Of a stretch of 37,189 bases of DNA, positions 25,057-34,252 are shown piece by piece. The stretch is from a virus. Its lineage: Duplodnaviria > Caudoviricetes. Location: the IMG/VR virus record IMGVR_UViG_3300025353_000010, positions 1 through 37,189 of that record, one strand, 5' to 3'. How positions within the stretch are numbered: position 1 is the first letter of the stretch; every line of letters begins with the position of its first letter. The position numbers were made by a program, and so were the translations under genes. The notes beneath the pieces were generated by a model. That model was not told where the DNA came from and did no database searches. It saw only the letters and a program-made list of their open reading frames with translations.

Positions 25057-27306
25057 TTAGAATAAAGTCTTAGTGATTGTTGGGCCTACACTGTAAGTGA
25101 TAACCATTGAAGTGTTAGGTGGAATATTAAATGCTCCATTTGTCGCACCAGTTCCTACACCATTAATTGTAATGCTTGATACTGTTCCACCATATATAGT
25201 TATTGTTTCGTTTGTATATGCTGAAGTATAAGTAAATGGAGAACTTGTAGCACCTACAGTAGTTGTCCCTATTGGGTTTAATCCTGTATTATTTGCATAT
25301 ACAGAATTACCATTATTAGCAATAGAGCAAGCCCCAGAGGAAGAAATGTTGTTTCCAATAGCTGTAGTATAGCCAGCACCTGCAGCTTCCGTTATAGCTG
25401 CTCCAGTTGTGCTTTGAATTTGATTTCCTTGGATAATTGTATGAATAGCACCAGAAGCTAAGTACACACCGCTTCTTCCAGGTATTTCAAGAAAGTTGTT
25501 TGTAATAGAGCAATAACCAGTATTTAAATAAATGCTGTCTGTTGTACATCCGTAAATATACACATTATTAATTGTTGTGTTATATCCAGGAAGAACACCA
25601 AAAGGAACGCTAACATTCATTAAACTACCATTAGCAATAATAAAGTCTCCACCACCACTTTGAATTTGAATAGCTCCAGGAGTTCCTGTACCACTTGTTC
25701 CTAAATTAGAACAATCAATATAAAAGCCATCTAATGTTACTTTGCTAATAGCATTTGTAGTGCTGCCAGAATTGTCATAAATAGAAACAGCAGTGCTCCA
25801 TCCATTTGTAGGATGTTTAGGAAAACCATTAAAACTATTAACAACTACTTTACTAATAGTACCTGTAGTCATACCAGGACCTTGGTAAATCCTTAAAGCA
25901 TTACCAGCTTGGTTAGATACGTTAACGTTTGTAATATTGACATTTTGGATACTTGCGCCAGTAGAAGCATAGGCAAAAGGACTTGTGCTAGTTAATGTGT
26001 TTTGTGTTTCTGATGCTTCATTATTAATAGCAATTGAATCATCGCCTGAGTTAATTACGCAGTTAGAAATTGCAACATCATAACAACCTGAGCCGACACG
26101 AATACCATCTTCAAAGCTGTAAGGAGAAGCATGGATATTTTCATAGTCTACTCGAACACCGCTAACAATAACGTTAGTGCAGTAGCTAAACTGCATGCGA
26201 CAAGCACTCCATGTGTCCAAAAGATTTACATTTTCAACACGAACATTTTTAACGTTTTGTAGTGCAATTAAGGCAGAACCGACAGCAGAGGTAGCTACTG
26301 ATTTAATGTTTCCACCAGTAATGCTAATATTAACGTTACCAGTAGAAGGTGTAGAATTAACAAATAAAGCACGTTGATTAGACCCTGCTTGGTTGTAACC
26401 GTTAACACCTGAAGCTACGCCACCTTGAGTTAATAAATAAACGTCATCATCCATAACAATATGGACATTTGATGGAATTGTTATTGTAGGGTTAGACGGT
26501 CCAGCTTGTGTAGTAAATAAATATTGATTACCGTTTAATCCACCAGGAACGTGTACAGTACCGCCAGTAGAAGCTACCGCATTAACAGCAGTTTGAAACG
26601 CTAATGTGTTATCTGTAGAACCATTACCTACAGCACCAAAATCTCGTACAGACACTGTTTCTTGAAGCTTAACTTGAACATTTCTTTCTACAGCACCTAC
26701 ACCGCCTTGGTCATACAAAATGTTACTTGCATCTACTTGTCCTGCAGCAATAGGAAGGTTGTAAACAACTTCAACTAAATCGCCAACATTAAGACCAGTA
26801 AAAAAAGTAATAGAAGTACTAGAAGATTCTGAATAGTTTACATCAATAATTTGTTTACTGCCGTTAACAAACACAGCAAGATTATAATTATCAGGAACAT
26901 ACGAAAAAGGAATAGTAAATACTGTTTGGCCTTGAGTAGCTGTAAATTCAGCAACTTGAGTAGCAGCCGTTCCTCCACCGCCTCCTCCACCGCCTTGAGC
27001 AAAAATATTTAAGCTTTGGGCTGTAATACGTAATTGTACGTTGTCGCTAATGTTAAAGATTTGTGGTTGAGTATTTTCTTGACCACGTTCTACAGTTAAG
27101 AAGTCGCCAGTACGTCCAATACATTTAACAATCTCAGATACTTCAGGATTATTGACTTGAATCAAAGTCAACATGCAGTAGTTACCACCAGTAGGAGCAG
27201 GAAAGTATTGACCTGTGCCAGCTACTACTTGTAAAATTGAATCAGTAGGCGTAATAGCTACAGCAAGGGCAGTAGCAGCATTGTTGGTAAATAATGGAAT
27301 TGGCAT
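25057..27306 (-). CDS. tailspike with anchor domain and beta-helix
   Basis: FTATQGQTVF, VFVNG, VSVRDFGAVGNGSTDNT, DGI and SGDDSIAI. Confidence 0.85.
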   Translation of the reverse strand: MPIPLFTNNAATALAVAITPTDSILQVVAGTGQYFPAPTGGNYCMLTLIQVNNPEVSEIVKCIGRTGDFLTVERGQENTQPQIFNISDNVQLRITAQSLNIFAQGGGGGGGGTAATQVAEFTATQGQTVFTIPFSYVPDNYNLAVFVNGSKQIIDVNYSESSSTSITFFTGLNVGDLVEVVYNLPIAAGQVDASNILYDQGGVGAVERNVQVKLQETVSVRDFGAVGNGSTDNTLAFQTAVNAVASTGGTVHVPGGLNGNQYLFTTQAGPSNPTITIPSNVHIVMDDDVYLLTQGGVASGVNGYNQAGSNQRALFVNSTPSTGNVNISITGGNIKSVATSAVGSALIALQNVKNVRVENVNLLDTWSACRMQFSYCTNVIVSGVRVDYENIHASPYSFEDGIRVGSGCYDVAISNCVINSGDDSIAINNEASETQNTLTSTSPFAYASTGASIQNVNITNVNVSNQAGNALRIYQGPGMTTGTISKVVVNSFNGFPKHPTNGWSTAVSIYDNSGSTTNAISKVTLDGFYIDCSNLGTSGTGTPGAIQIQSGGGDFIIANGSLMNVSVPFGVLPGYNTTINNVYIYGCTTDSIYLNTGYCSITNNFLEIPGRSGVYLASGAIHTIIQGNQIQSTTGAAITEAAGAGYTTAIGNNISSSGACSIANNGNSVYANNTGLNPIGTTTVGATSSPFTYTSAYTNETITIYGGTVSSITINGVGTGATNGAFNIPPNTSMVITYSVGPTITKTLF

Positions 27307-27309
27307 AAA

Positions 27310-27588
27310 TTATCCTAACGTAAACGTGTTAACTGGGTATCCGTTAACCAGTTTATTAATAGAGTATACTTTGATATATTGATTCTGAGGCTCTGGTCTT
27401 GTCCAAGGAGGTGCTTGGTAATCTGCTACACCACGAACAAAGTCTTGTGGCTGTCTTGGTTCCCAGTCTTCTGGGCAGACCTTAAGACCGTCCCAGCGTT
27501 GACGTAGGTCTGAGGCACGCATCTTACGACCACAAGCGTCGCAGAGTACTGCCCAATCTCCTCGGTCATATCGACTAAAGTAGCTCAT
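27310..27588 (-). CDS. phage protein with CxxC...C motif
   Basis: CDACGRK..LRQRWDGLKVCPEDWEPRQPQ. Confidence 0.75.
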   Translation of the reverse strand: MSYFSRYDRGDWAVLCDACGRKMRASDLRQRWDGLKVCPEDWEPRQPQDFVRGVADYQAPPWTRPEPQNQYIKVYSINKLVNGYPVNTFTLG

Positions 27589-27896
27589 ACTTGATTAGCA
27601 TCATAGACAGTTAAGTCACCAACACCCACATAGGTATTAGTTAATGAAGTAGTAATCGTCATTTCTAAGCGATAAGTTACTTCAGCTAGTCCACCAATAA
27701 TCCTTTGAGAAGCTGTCTTATTAGCAATAATAGGCGTAGCTTGAAGGATTGCTGATGGGTCAGGGTCTAAACCATTCATAAGGATAACGGAACAATCTGC
27801 CGTTAGAATAGTCTCATTAGGTGCAAGAACCTGCGTAAAGTCAAAAGTGAATAACTCACTTTCAGTAGTAATCTTGTAGGAAAATGACTCAGCCAT
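27585..27896 (-). CDS. putative virion structural protein
   Basis: Beta-rich ~100 aa protein (FTFDF); coupled within the structural operon. Confidence 0.65.
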   Translation of the reverse strand: MAESFSYKITTESELFTFDFTQVLAPNETILTADCSVILMNGLDPDPSAILQATPIIANKTASQRIIGGLAEVTYRLEMTITTSLTNTYVGVGDLTVYDANQV

Positions 27897-29014
27897 TAAA
27901 GTTTCCGATATAACATTATAACACGATTTTTAACAAAAGACAAGGTTTTTTCAGCTTTTTCAACTAAAATATCTCTGTCCTTAACTATCATTGTCGAGAG
28001 CTTTCTAGGACCGACAATAAAGGTAAACTTAGCAACTGAGCCAAACTTCTGGACAAATGCTGGGTACAGCTTAACTGCTATATGACTTACTACACTTAAA
28101 AGCTTTCCAATCTGCTTAGAAAGGCTTACAGCATGCGTAGAAACAACACTTAATACCTTGGGTATTGCTTTACTTAAACTAGCCGTAGAAGTCACTACAA
28201 GCTGAATAGTCTTAAAGATAAAGTTATGTTTAGCTAAAGTAACTACACTAGACACTGTAGCTTTAATTATCTTGCCTATGCTGTTAGTAATACTCACTAA
28301 GCTGCTTATTGCTGCAGATAAGGTTTTAGGCACTGATTTAAACAAACTAGCTGTAGAAGTTACTACGGTTGAGAATGTACGGCTAATTGCTCGTTTAATG
28401 CTTACTGAGCTTACTACAGCTATTGAGAAAGCTACTAAGTGCATTGCTATGTTAGTAAGCACTACAATAGTGTGCTCAACAACAGTAGTCATAATCTTAC
28501 TTATTGCTCTGCCAATAGTCACAAGGCTATTAACTGTTACAGCTAAAAGCTTAATTGGTAGTTTAACCAACGTAGCTACAGATGTAGAAATAACACTTAA
28601 TAGTTTTGTTGCTGACTTGATAATGCTTGCTGTGCTGGTAGAAGTCACAGTTAAAGTTCTGAATCTAGAGACTAACTCACTGATTGTTGCTAAACTGCTA
28701 GACAAATAAGTCAGTGTCTTTGTGGCACTCTTAGTAATCGTCGCAGTAGATGCGGACAATATTGACTTAATTACCGCAATAGCTCTTTTAATAGTAACTG
28801 TCGAAGTAACAGCATAAGTTAAAGTTCTAAATAAACTTTGAAGCTTACTAATTGTTACTGTCGACGTTACTGCGTAACTAATAGTTCTTAGTAACGCTAA
28901 TACTCTAGTAATGGTGCTAGTACTTGTAGAGGTGACGGTCAATGAAGGCGTTAACGTAATGTTATCGCTTCCATCAATTACATCTCTATTTATACTAGAA
29001 CCATTGATTGCCAT
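27896..29014 (-). CDS. Ser/Thr/Val/Ile/Lys-rich tandem-repeat protein, probably a virion fibre
   Basis: About 15-16 degenerate units of 18-20 aa; TAATG-coupled to both neighbours. Confidence 0.75.
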   Translation of the reverse strand: MAINGSSINRDVIDGSDNITLTPSLTVTSTSTSTITRVLALLRTISYAVTSTVTISKLQSLFRTLTYAVTSTVTIKRAIAVIKSILSASTATITKSATKTLTYLSSSLATISELVSRFRTLTVTSTSTASIIKSATKLLSVISTSVATLVKLPIKLLAVTVNSLVTIGRAISKIMTTVVEHTIVVLTNIAMHLVAFSIAVVSSVSIKRAISRTFSTVVTSTASLFKSVPKTLSAAISSLVSITNSIGKIIKATVSSVVTLAKHNFIFKTIQLVVTSTASLSKAIPKVLSVVSTHAVSLSKQIGKLLSVVSHIAVKLYPAFVQKFGSVAKFTFIVGPRKLSTMIVKDRDILVEKAEKTLSFVKNRVIMLYRKL

Positions 29015-29382
29015 TAACTGAACTGTACTTTAAAAGTAAACTGAATTGAATCGCTAGTATTCAAAGGAATGCCTGTAAAGTCACCCTTAACAAACAAGTT
29101 ACCAGAAGTAGAAGCATCAAATAAACCAGCATTAGTGATTGTCTCACTTGTGCCAGCAGTCTGTGTACCTACAACTTGAAATGTATCGTTTGTTGTGGAT
29201 GTTGTAACTTGAGAAGTAGTTCCACTAACACGTGGCGTTACCTCTGTAAACAAAGTTGTATCTGTTGCTGCCGTCGTACCAGCACCTGTACCCCAAGCCA
29301 CATATTTAGGCTGAGTAGCTGCACCACCGTTAAGGTAGTTGGTTACGATGGCTTTTCCAGTATTAACTAGGAGTGTAGCCAT
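29014..29382 (-). CDS. putative virion structural protein (collar/fibre-anchor-like)
   Basis: VNTGK, YVAWGTG, DTTLFTE, ITNAGLFDA and DSIQFT. Confidence 0.7.
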   Translation of the reverse strand: MATLLVNTGKAIVTNYLNGGAATQPKYVAWGTGAGTTAATDTTLFTEVTPRVSGTTSQVTTSTTNDTFQVVGTQTAGTSETITNAGLFDASTSGNLFVKGDFTGIPLNTSDSIQFTFKVQFS

Positions 29383-29519
29383 TTTTTAATTCTCCAAATG
29401 ATTCTTTTGATTGGATTCTTATGCCAATAATCTATAACGCCAAGTTCCTCCCTAGTGCCATCAGCACGAACGATGGTGGCGACTAATTGGATTTCTTTGG
29501 CGTTTAGATTAGTTTGCAT
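29367..29519 (-). CDS. small hypothetical protein (50 aa; not in ORF track)
   Basis: Manual translation MQTNLNAKEIQLVATIVRADGTREELGVIDYWHKNPIKRIIWRIKKWLHS; TAATG coupling. Confidence 0.7.
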   Translation of the reverse strand: MQTNLNAKEIQLVATIVRADGTREELGVIDYWHKNPIKRIIWRIKKWLHS

Positions 29520-29935
29520 TAGGTGTGTTGTTTAACCAACTCAAGAACGATTGTAAAAGTTAAGACCTGTGCTGTGCCTTCGTAATCAAAGGTAGCTAAA
29601 ATCTTACCTGTAGGATTGGTAGCATTATTAATAATACCGCCATAATGTCTTGCTTCTACTTTACCACGACCTGCAAAGTTCCAGATTACGGTATTAGAAG
29701 AAGCACCTTCCCAAAGTAAATTTACTGTTAACAAGTCTTCTACGTCGTAGTTGATTTTGTTAATACGTAAACGATTAGCCTTAACACCATTGATGTCAAA
29801 GTCACTTAATGCAGCAGGGTCAACAATAGTATAAACACCTGAATCAGTAGCAGTTAACGTACCTTCGTATTTAATTACGACGTTACGTGGACCATCCACC
29901 AATATTTGAATAGGCGTTTGAATTGTAGTAGTCAT
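29519..29935 (-). CDS. putative virion structural protein
   Basis: GGGAG RBS; beta-rich; in the structural operon. Confidence 0.7.
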   Translation of the reverse strand: MTTTIQTPIQILVDGPRNVVIKYEGTLTATDSGVYTIVDPAALSDFDINGVKANRLRINKINYDVEDLLTVNLLWEGASSNTVIWNFAGRGKVEARHYGGIINNATNPTGKILATFDYEGTAQVLTFTIVLELVKQHT

Positions 29936-29948
29936 GTGCTACTCCCTA

Positions 29949-30650
29949 TTAACGTGAAACTTCGACAGCAGCCAATACGTAGTCAATGGTCATTGTTTCT
30001 AGAGTTGTTGGAGTATCTGTAAAGATTGGAGACAACAAAGCACTAGTCAAAGTAGTACCAGAGGAACCGATAGTTGGTGATGTAACACGAGCAACTAATT
30101 GGTTATTTACAAACACTAATAAATCAGTGTTATCGTAATGAAAACCAAGTTCAACAAAAGTAGAAGCAGTTACAGTTGTAACGCCAGCTACAATAGTTGT
30201 AGAAGTAGAGCCTACACGTGATACTAAATCAACTGTAGTACCAGTAGTAGCAAAGTACAAACCGTCAGTTGCTGAAGTACCAGCAGAAGCTAGACCTGCA
30301 GTAAAAGCACCAGTAGTTGCGCTAATTGCCAAACGAGCCGTGTACCATAGTTTTTGTCCAGCTACAAAACCAAATGATGTTCCTGGTTTAAAAGCTGCAG
30401 TTGCAGTAGTAGTACCACCTGGTAATAAAACAGCTAAACCGCCTAAACCAGAAGCACTAATTAAAGTAGAGCCTGAGCCAGAGATAGTGAAATCTTCAGC
30501 ATTGATAGACATGAAGTCGTTAGAGTAAGTTGCTACGCCAAAACCAGTGTCGCTTGTGCTATTGAAAGGGTCTGGAAGTGGATAGCTAGAAAGTGGGTAG
30601 CCACGTGGAACTGTTGCTACGCCATAGGTAAATCTTGTTGGTGTTCCCAT
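29949..30650 (-). CDS. putative virion structural protein (Thr/Gly-rich, beta-sandwich-like)
   Basis: AGGAG RBS; downstream of the capsid gene. Confidence 0.7.
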   Translation of the reverse strand: MGTPTRFTYGVATVPRGYPLSSYPLPDPFNSTSDTGFGVATYSNDFMSINAEDFTISGSGSTLISASGLGGLAVLLPGGTTTATAAFKPGTSFGFVAGQKLWYTARLAISATTGAFTAGLASAGTSATDGLYFATTGTTVDLVSRVGSTSTTIVAGVTTVTASTFVELGFHYDNTDLLVFVNNQLVARVTSPTIGSSGTTLTSALLSPIFTDTPTTLETMTIDYVLAAVEVSR

Positions 30651-30707
30651 TTATATCTCCTAAAAGTGATGGGTCACGTCAATTAAGACGTTTAGGATAA
30701 AAAAGTA

Positions 30708-30899
30708 TTACTTTGGATATTTCAGAGCTTCTACAGGGTGTAGACGCTTCTTTTTAAAACCTGAATCTTGACCTACTTGATTCTCTACTGCTTGTGTGTT
30801 ACCTAATCCTTTTTTGGCATTAGACTTTGGAGTTGCCATATTGCTTGGCTTATCTTTAGCTACGCCTGCTGGAAAGGTTTCGATGATTCTTTTTTCCAT
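30708..30899 (-). CDS. small basic hypothetical protein
   Basis: TAAGGA RBS; 63 aa. Confidence 0.65.
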   Translation of the reverse strand: MEKRIIETFPAGVAKDKPSNMATPKSNAKKGLGNTQAVENQVGQDSGFKKKRLHPVEALKYPK

Positions 30900-30911
30900 G
30901 ATTTGTCCTTA

Positions 30912-30951
30912 AGAAGGAAAGGAAAGGAGTCTTGTGAACTCCTAACCCTCC
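30912..30951 (-). terminator. hairpin with pyrimidine tail, probable (leaky) terminator after the capsid operon
   Basis: AGGAGT-TCACAAG-ACTCCT followed by TTCCTTTCCTTCTT on the - strand. Confidence 0.5.
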
Positions 30952-30952
30952 T

Positions 30953-30981
30953 ATTATATCACAAACTAACTCTAATGTAAA
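30953..30981 (-). promoter_or_regulatory. near-consensus sigma70 promoter
   Basis: TTTACA - 17 nt - TATAAT with extended TG on the - strand. Confidence 0.75.
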
Positions 30982-30984
30982 GAG

Positions 30985-31353
30985 TTAATTATTTTGCATT
31001 AAATAAGAAATTGCATTTGCTAAAAACTTTGGATTATCTCTAAAGTTGCCTAAACCTTGATTACATCCCATACATAGCAAACCACGAACTTTCTTAGTAG
31101 TATGGCAATGGTCTACTGCCAGATTTCTAGGTTGTTTCGTCCTGTTATCTATGACTGTTTCAGGTTTATTACATATAGCACAAACATTGTCTTGTTTAAC
31201 CAGAAGAGAATTGTAGTCTTCTAAAGTTATACCAAAATGTCTTAAAAGGTCATATTCCTTTTGCCAAGTTTCTGACTTAGGTGTTCCTCTTTTTCTTATT
31301 TTAGTAAAAGCTTTAGCTTTCTCTTTATGCTCTTCTGGTTTTATTTTAGACAT
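30985..31353 (-). CDS. endonuclease VII-family HNH endonuclease (probable free-standing homing endonuclease)
   Basis: FGITLEDY, QDNVCAIC and LAVDHCHTTKKVRGLLCMGCNQGLGNFRDN. Confidence 0.92.
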   Translation of the reverse strand: MSKIKPEEHKEKAKAFTKIRKRGTPKSETWQKEYDLLRHFGITLEDYNSLLVKQDNVCAICNKPETVIDNRTKQPRNLAVDHCHTTKKVRGLLCMGCNQGLGNFRDNPKFLANAISYLMQNN

Positions 31354-31376
31354 TATTTCTTATATAAATCAAGGAC

Positions 31377-32291
31377 TTATGGGCCATTCACGCCATAAAT
31401 AGCACGTGGGTCAGACCAACCGAAACTATAACGCTCGTAGCCTTTAGCTTTAGCATTCATAGTATCAAAGTCATTGTCTTGGTCAAACATGATACCAACA
31501 CGCTCATAGTATTTTAAACCATTTTGAATGTTAGTACGCAAGAACCAAGCATGTGGACTTGTGAGGTAATGGTTCATTACGATACCTTCTGGGATGGCAT
31601 TAGTTGCCTTCAGAACGTTGATATCGTTATTTGCAGTACCTGATTGGAATACAGACTTGAGAATGCGGTTAGCGTTGTACCATTCTTGACGAGCTACAAT
31701 CAAAGAACGTGGCATTACGTTAATCAACAAACCACGGTCATTCTGGAAGCCCATGATTGCGATTGTTGCATCTTCCAAAGAAGCTTCGGACAAGTCAACA
31801 GAAACAGTAGGGGTGTTAGCAAAAGTGCCACCAGATGTATTTGGGTGTGCTGTAGAGCAAAGAGCAACACCGTCACCGCCTTTATAAGTGCTATTGAAAG
31901 CACGGTTATAAACGTTAGCACCGATATTTTCTTTAGTTTGACGGAAAGACATTGCCAAAGCAGCAGAACGACGCTTAGAAACTTGCTCATACAAGTTGTC
32001 ATCCAACTCTTCTTTAGTTACGATGTAACCAAGAGCGTATGCAACGTGTGTGTAACGAGTTACGAAACCTTGAACTTCTGAATCATACTGAACGCCTTGG
32101 CCTTCAGATTTGATTGGAGCAAGACCGAAACCAGTTAACTGAACGTCTTCCTCGTAGTTTTGATGAGAAGTATCTTTGTCGAAGAGATGAATGTACTCTT
32201 CTGGATGCTCATCATAAACCTGACCCCACCATGCTTTGATACCAGGCCATAGAGCCTTGGGATGTGTACCAGTTGTAATTACACCAGCCAT
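31377..32291 (-). CDS. major capsid protein
   Basis: 304 aa after the scaffold; strong RBS; GFGLAP.K.EG, YALGY..T.E...DNLY, GDGVAL and ERYSFGWSDPR motifs. Confidence 0.9.
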   Translation of the reverse strand: MAGVITTGTHPKALWPGIKAWWGQVYDEHPEEYIHLFDKDTSHQNYEEDVQLTGFGLAPIKSEGQGVQYDSEVQGFVTRYTHVAYALGYIVTKEELDDNLYEQVSKRRSAALAMSFRQTKENIGANVYNRAFNSTYKGGDGVALCSTAHPNTSGGTFANTPTVSVDLSEASLEDATIAIMGFQNDRGLLINVMPRSLIVARQEWYNANRILKSVFQSGTANNDINVLKATNAIPEGIVMNHYLTSPHAWFLRTNIQNGLKYYERVGIMFDQDNDFDTMNAKAKGYERYSFGWSDPRAIYGVNGP

Positions 32292-32310
32292 TTTATATAT
32301 CTCCTATTAA

Positions 32311-32913
32311 TTAAGCACCGAAGGCTTGTTTATATTGGTGTTTATTAAACACAACCAACAAATCATTGTAAGCACCAGGAACGTTTGAAGGGTCTTGGTA
32401 CATGCCGATAATTTGGAACATAGAAGCAGCAGTAGCAGAGCTATCAGCAGTTACGTATGTAGCGGAGAAAGGTGAAGACTGTGACAAAGTAGAAGTTTGG
32501 TCTGCAGTGATTGTTGGAACTGCAGTAGAACCAACTTTAGCATTTGCAGTAGTATTAGCTTGAACTTTGTAAACAACGTTAGGGTCAGTGATTACATAAA
32601 CATAAGTGTATGAACCAGAAGACAAGCTGATATACAACTTACCTAAGTCAATGTTTGTGCCTTGCAAGCTTACGCCTGGGTTAGCAACACGGATAGAAGC
32701 AATAACGCCCAATGGAACATCGGTTGCTGCTGCTTTAGTTACAAGAGCTACACCGTTTGCATCGTTACCGACAGCAGACTTAACAATATCGCCAATAGCG
32801 TATGTGTTAGAAGCGTCGTTAGCGATAGCGTAGAGGTAGCCTTGCTCGTTGAAGGGTGCGCCAGTAACTGTGCCAACTGGCGACAGTCCTGTCACGGCAT
32901 TTACGTTTGCCAT
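32311..32913 (-). CDS. putative capsid decoration/auxiliary protein
   Basis: MANVN..GLSPV, IGDIVK and DPNVVY; immediately upstream of the capsid gene. Confidence 0.65.
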   Translation of the reverse strand: MANVNAVTGLSPVGTVTGAPFNEQGYLYAIANDASNTYAIGDIVKSAVGNDANGVALVTKAAATDVPLGVIASIRVANPGVSLQGTNIDLGKLYISLSSGSYTYVYVITDPNVVYKVQANTTANAKVGSTAVPTITADQTSTLSQSSPFSATYVTADSSATAASMFQIIGMYQDPSNVPGAYNDLLVVFNKHQYKQAFGA

Positions 32914-32938
32914 TTATAAAACTCCTTTATGGAATGAA

Positions 32939-33400
32939 TTAATTAACCTTGATACCAGCGTTGTAGAATCCAGTAGAATCTACGCCAGGTGTTTTACCAC
33001 CACGGATTGCTGCATCAGTTTTGTCGTTACGTTCTTGTAATTGACGCTGGTCTTCGTCCCACCATTCTTGTTTGATTTTCATCAAATAAGCATACAATGG
33101 GTCGCCTTTTTCACCAGCACCTACCAAAAATCTAACCTTATCTCCTATGTCAGTATTACGTGAAGTTACATTCTCCGTAACACCGCCTACCTCGCTTGGG
33201 TGAACAAACTCATAACCGTTTTCAGTGGCATTCTGGATGCGCCCAGGTGTGTCATTGAAAATATGCAAGTGATACCCTTCAATTTGGTTTCCTACTTGCA
33301 GCTTGCCCTGAGTCCCATTAAATACGCCCTTTTTACGTTCACGAGGACGCTCTACCTTAGTAGACTCTGGTACAGCTTTTTCTTTTTTAATTTCAGTCAT
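32939..33400 (-). CDS. head-module hypothetical protein
   Basis: GYHLHIFND, GYEFV and YLMKIKQEWWDED; lies between scaffold and capsid. Confidence 0.7.
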   Translation of the reverse strand: MTEIKKEKAVPESTKVERPRERKKGVFNGTQGKLQVGNQIEGYHLHIFNDTPGRIQNATENGYEFVHPSEVGGVTENVTSRNTDIGDKVRFLVGAGEKGDPLYAYLMKIKQEWWDEDQRQLQERNDKTDAAIRGGKTPGVDSTGFYNAGIKVN

Positions 33401-33412
33401 GTTCTTTCTCCC

Positions 33413-34252
33413 TTAATCCCATTCATATTCTGCAACATAAGCTTCTTTGGTCATAAGACCTTGCTTAACATATTTATCACAAGCTGCTTTAGCATCTGCA
33501 GGCAAGTTAGCGTAAGTTTTCTTTCCAGAACCTACTGTTGGTCTAGCGGTTCCGTTAGAGGAACCTTCCATAGGATTCTGTACACGTTTCTTACCAAACT
33601 TCTCTGGAAACATTGCTGTTAGTTCTTCGTCTAGTTTATCCAAGAAAGCTTGTCCATTAAGGTTAGGGTTCTCACGACGGAGTTCAACACCTAATCCATT
33701 AGCAACACCAGTCATTCTTGTATCTTTACCAAACCAGTCATTCTTATCCATCCATTGATTTAGGACAGGGTCAGAAGTAACTTGTGGAACTTCTGCAGCT
33801 TTATCTTCAGCAGCTTTTAAGTCTTGTTTTGCTTCTAGACGTTGCTCTTTCAAGTCGTCCATAGCATCATCAATTGCAATTGCTCTGTCGCCATCACCTT
33901 GCGTAATTGCATCACGCTTAGCTTGCTTCAGTTGCTCTAATTGACTTTCCAAGTCTTTGGTCTTTCGCTCAAACTGTTGCTTTTGAAACTCACGAAACTC
34001 TTTTGCAGTCTCACGTGCTTCTTCAGCCATCTTTTTAGCTTCACCTAATTCTTTAAGCAATTTCTCATTGTTCTTACGAAGGATTGGCATAATTTCTTTA
34101 CCACGACGTACAAACGTCTCAGCATCAACCCAATCGCTCTCAGAGCCACGAAATTCTTCTTGTGCTACCCAGCCCTGCGCCCTTGCTTCGGACTCGTACT
34201 GAGAAGCTTCTGGAGCTTCCTGTGGTGCTTCTTGTTGTAGTTCTTCGCTCAT
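33413..34252 (-). CDS. putative scaffolding protein
   Basis: Acidic coiled coil with WMDKNDWF and C-terminal KEAYV; lies between portal and capsid. Confidence 0.75.
   Translation of the reverse strand: MSEELQQEAPQEAPEASQYESEARAQGWVAQEEFRGSESDWVDAETFVRRGKEIMPILRKNNEKLLKELGEAKKMAEEARETAKEFREFQKQQFERKTKDLESQLEQLKQAKRDAITQGDGDRAIAIDDAMDDLKEQRLEAKQDLKAAEDKAAEVPQVTSDPVLNQWMDKNDWFGKDTRMTGVANGLGVELRRENPNLNGQAFLDKLDEELTAMFPEKFGKKRVQNPMEGSSNGTARPTVGSGKKTYANLPADAKAACDKYVKQGLMTKEAYVAEYEWD

Noticed and set aside
28272-28709. 145-aa + strand ORF
   Set aside because: It is an antisense shadow of the low-complexity repeat gene.
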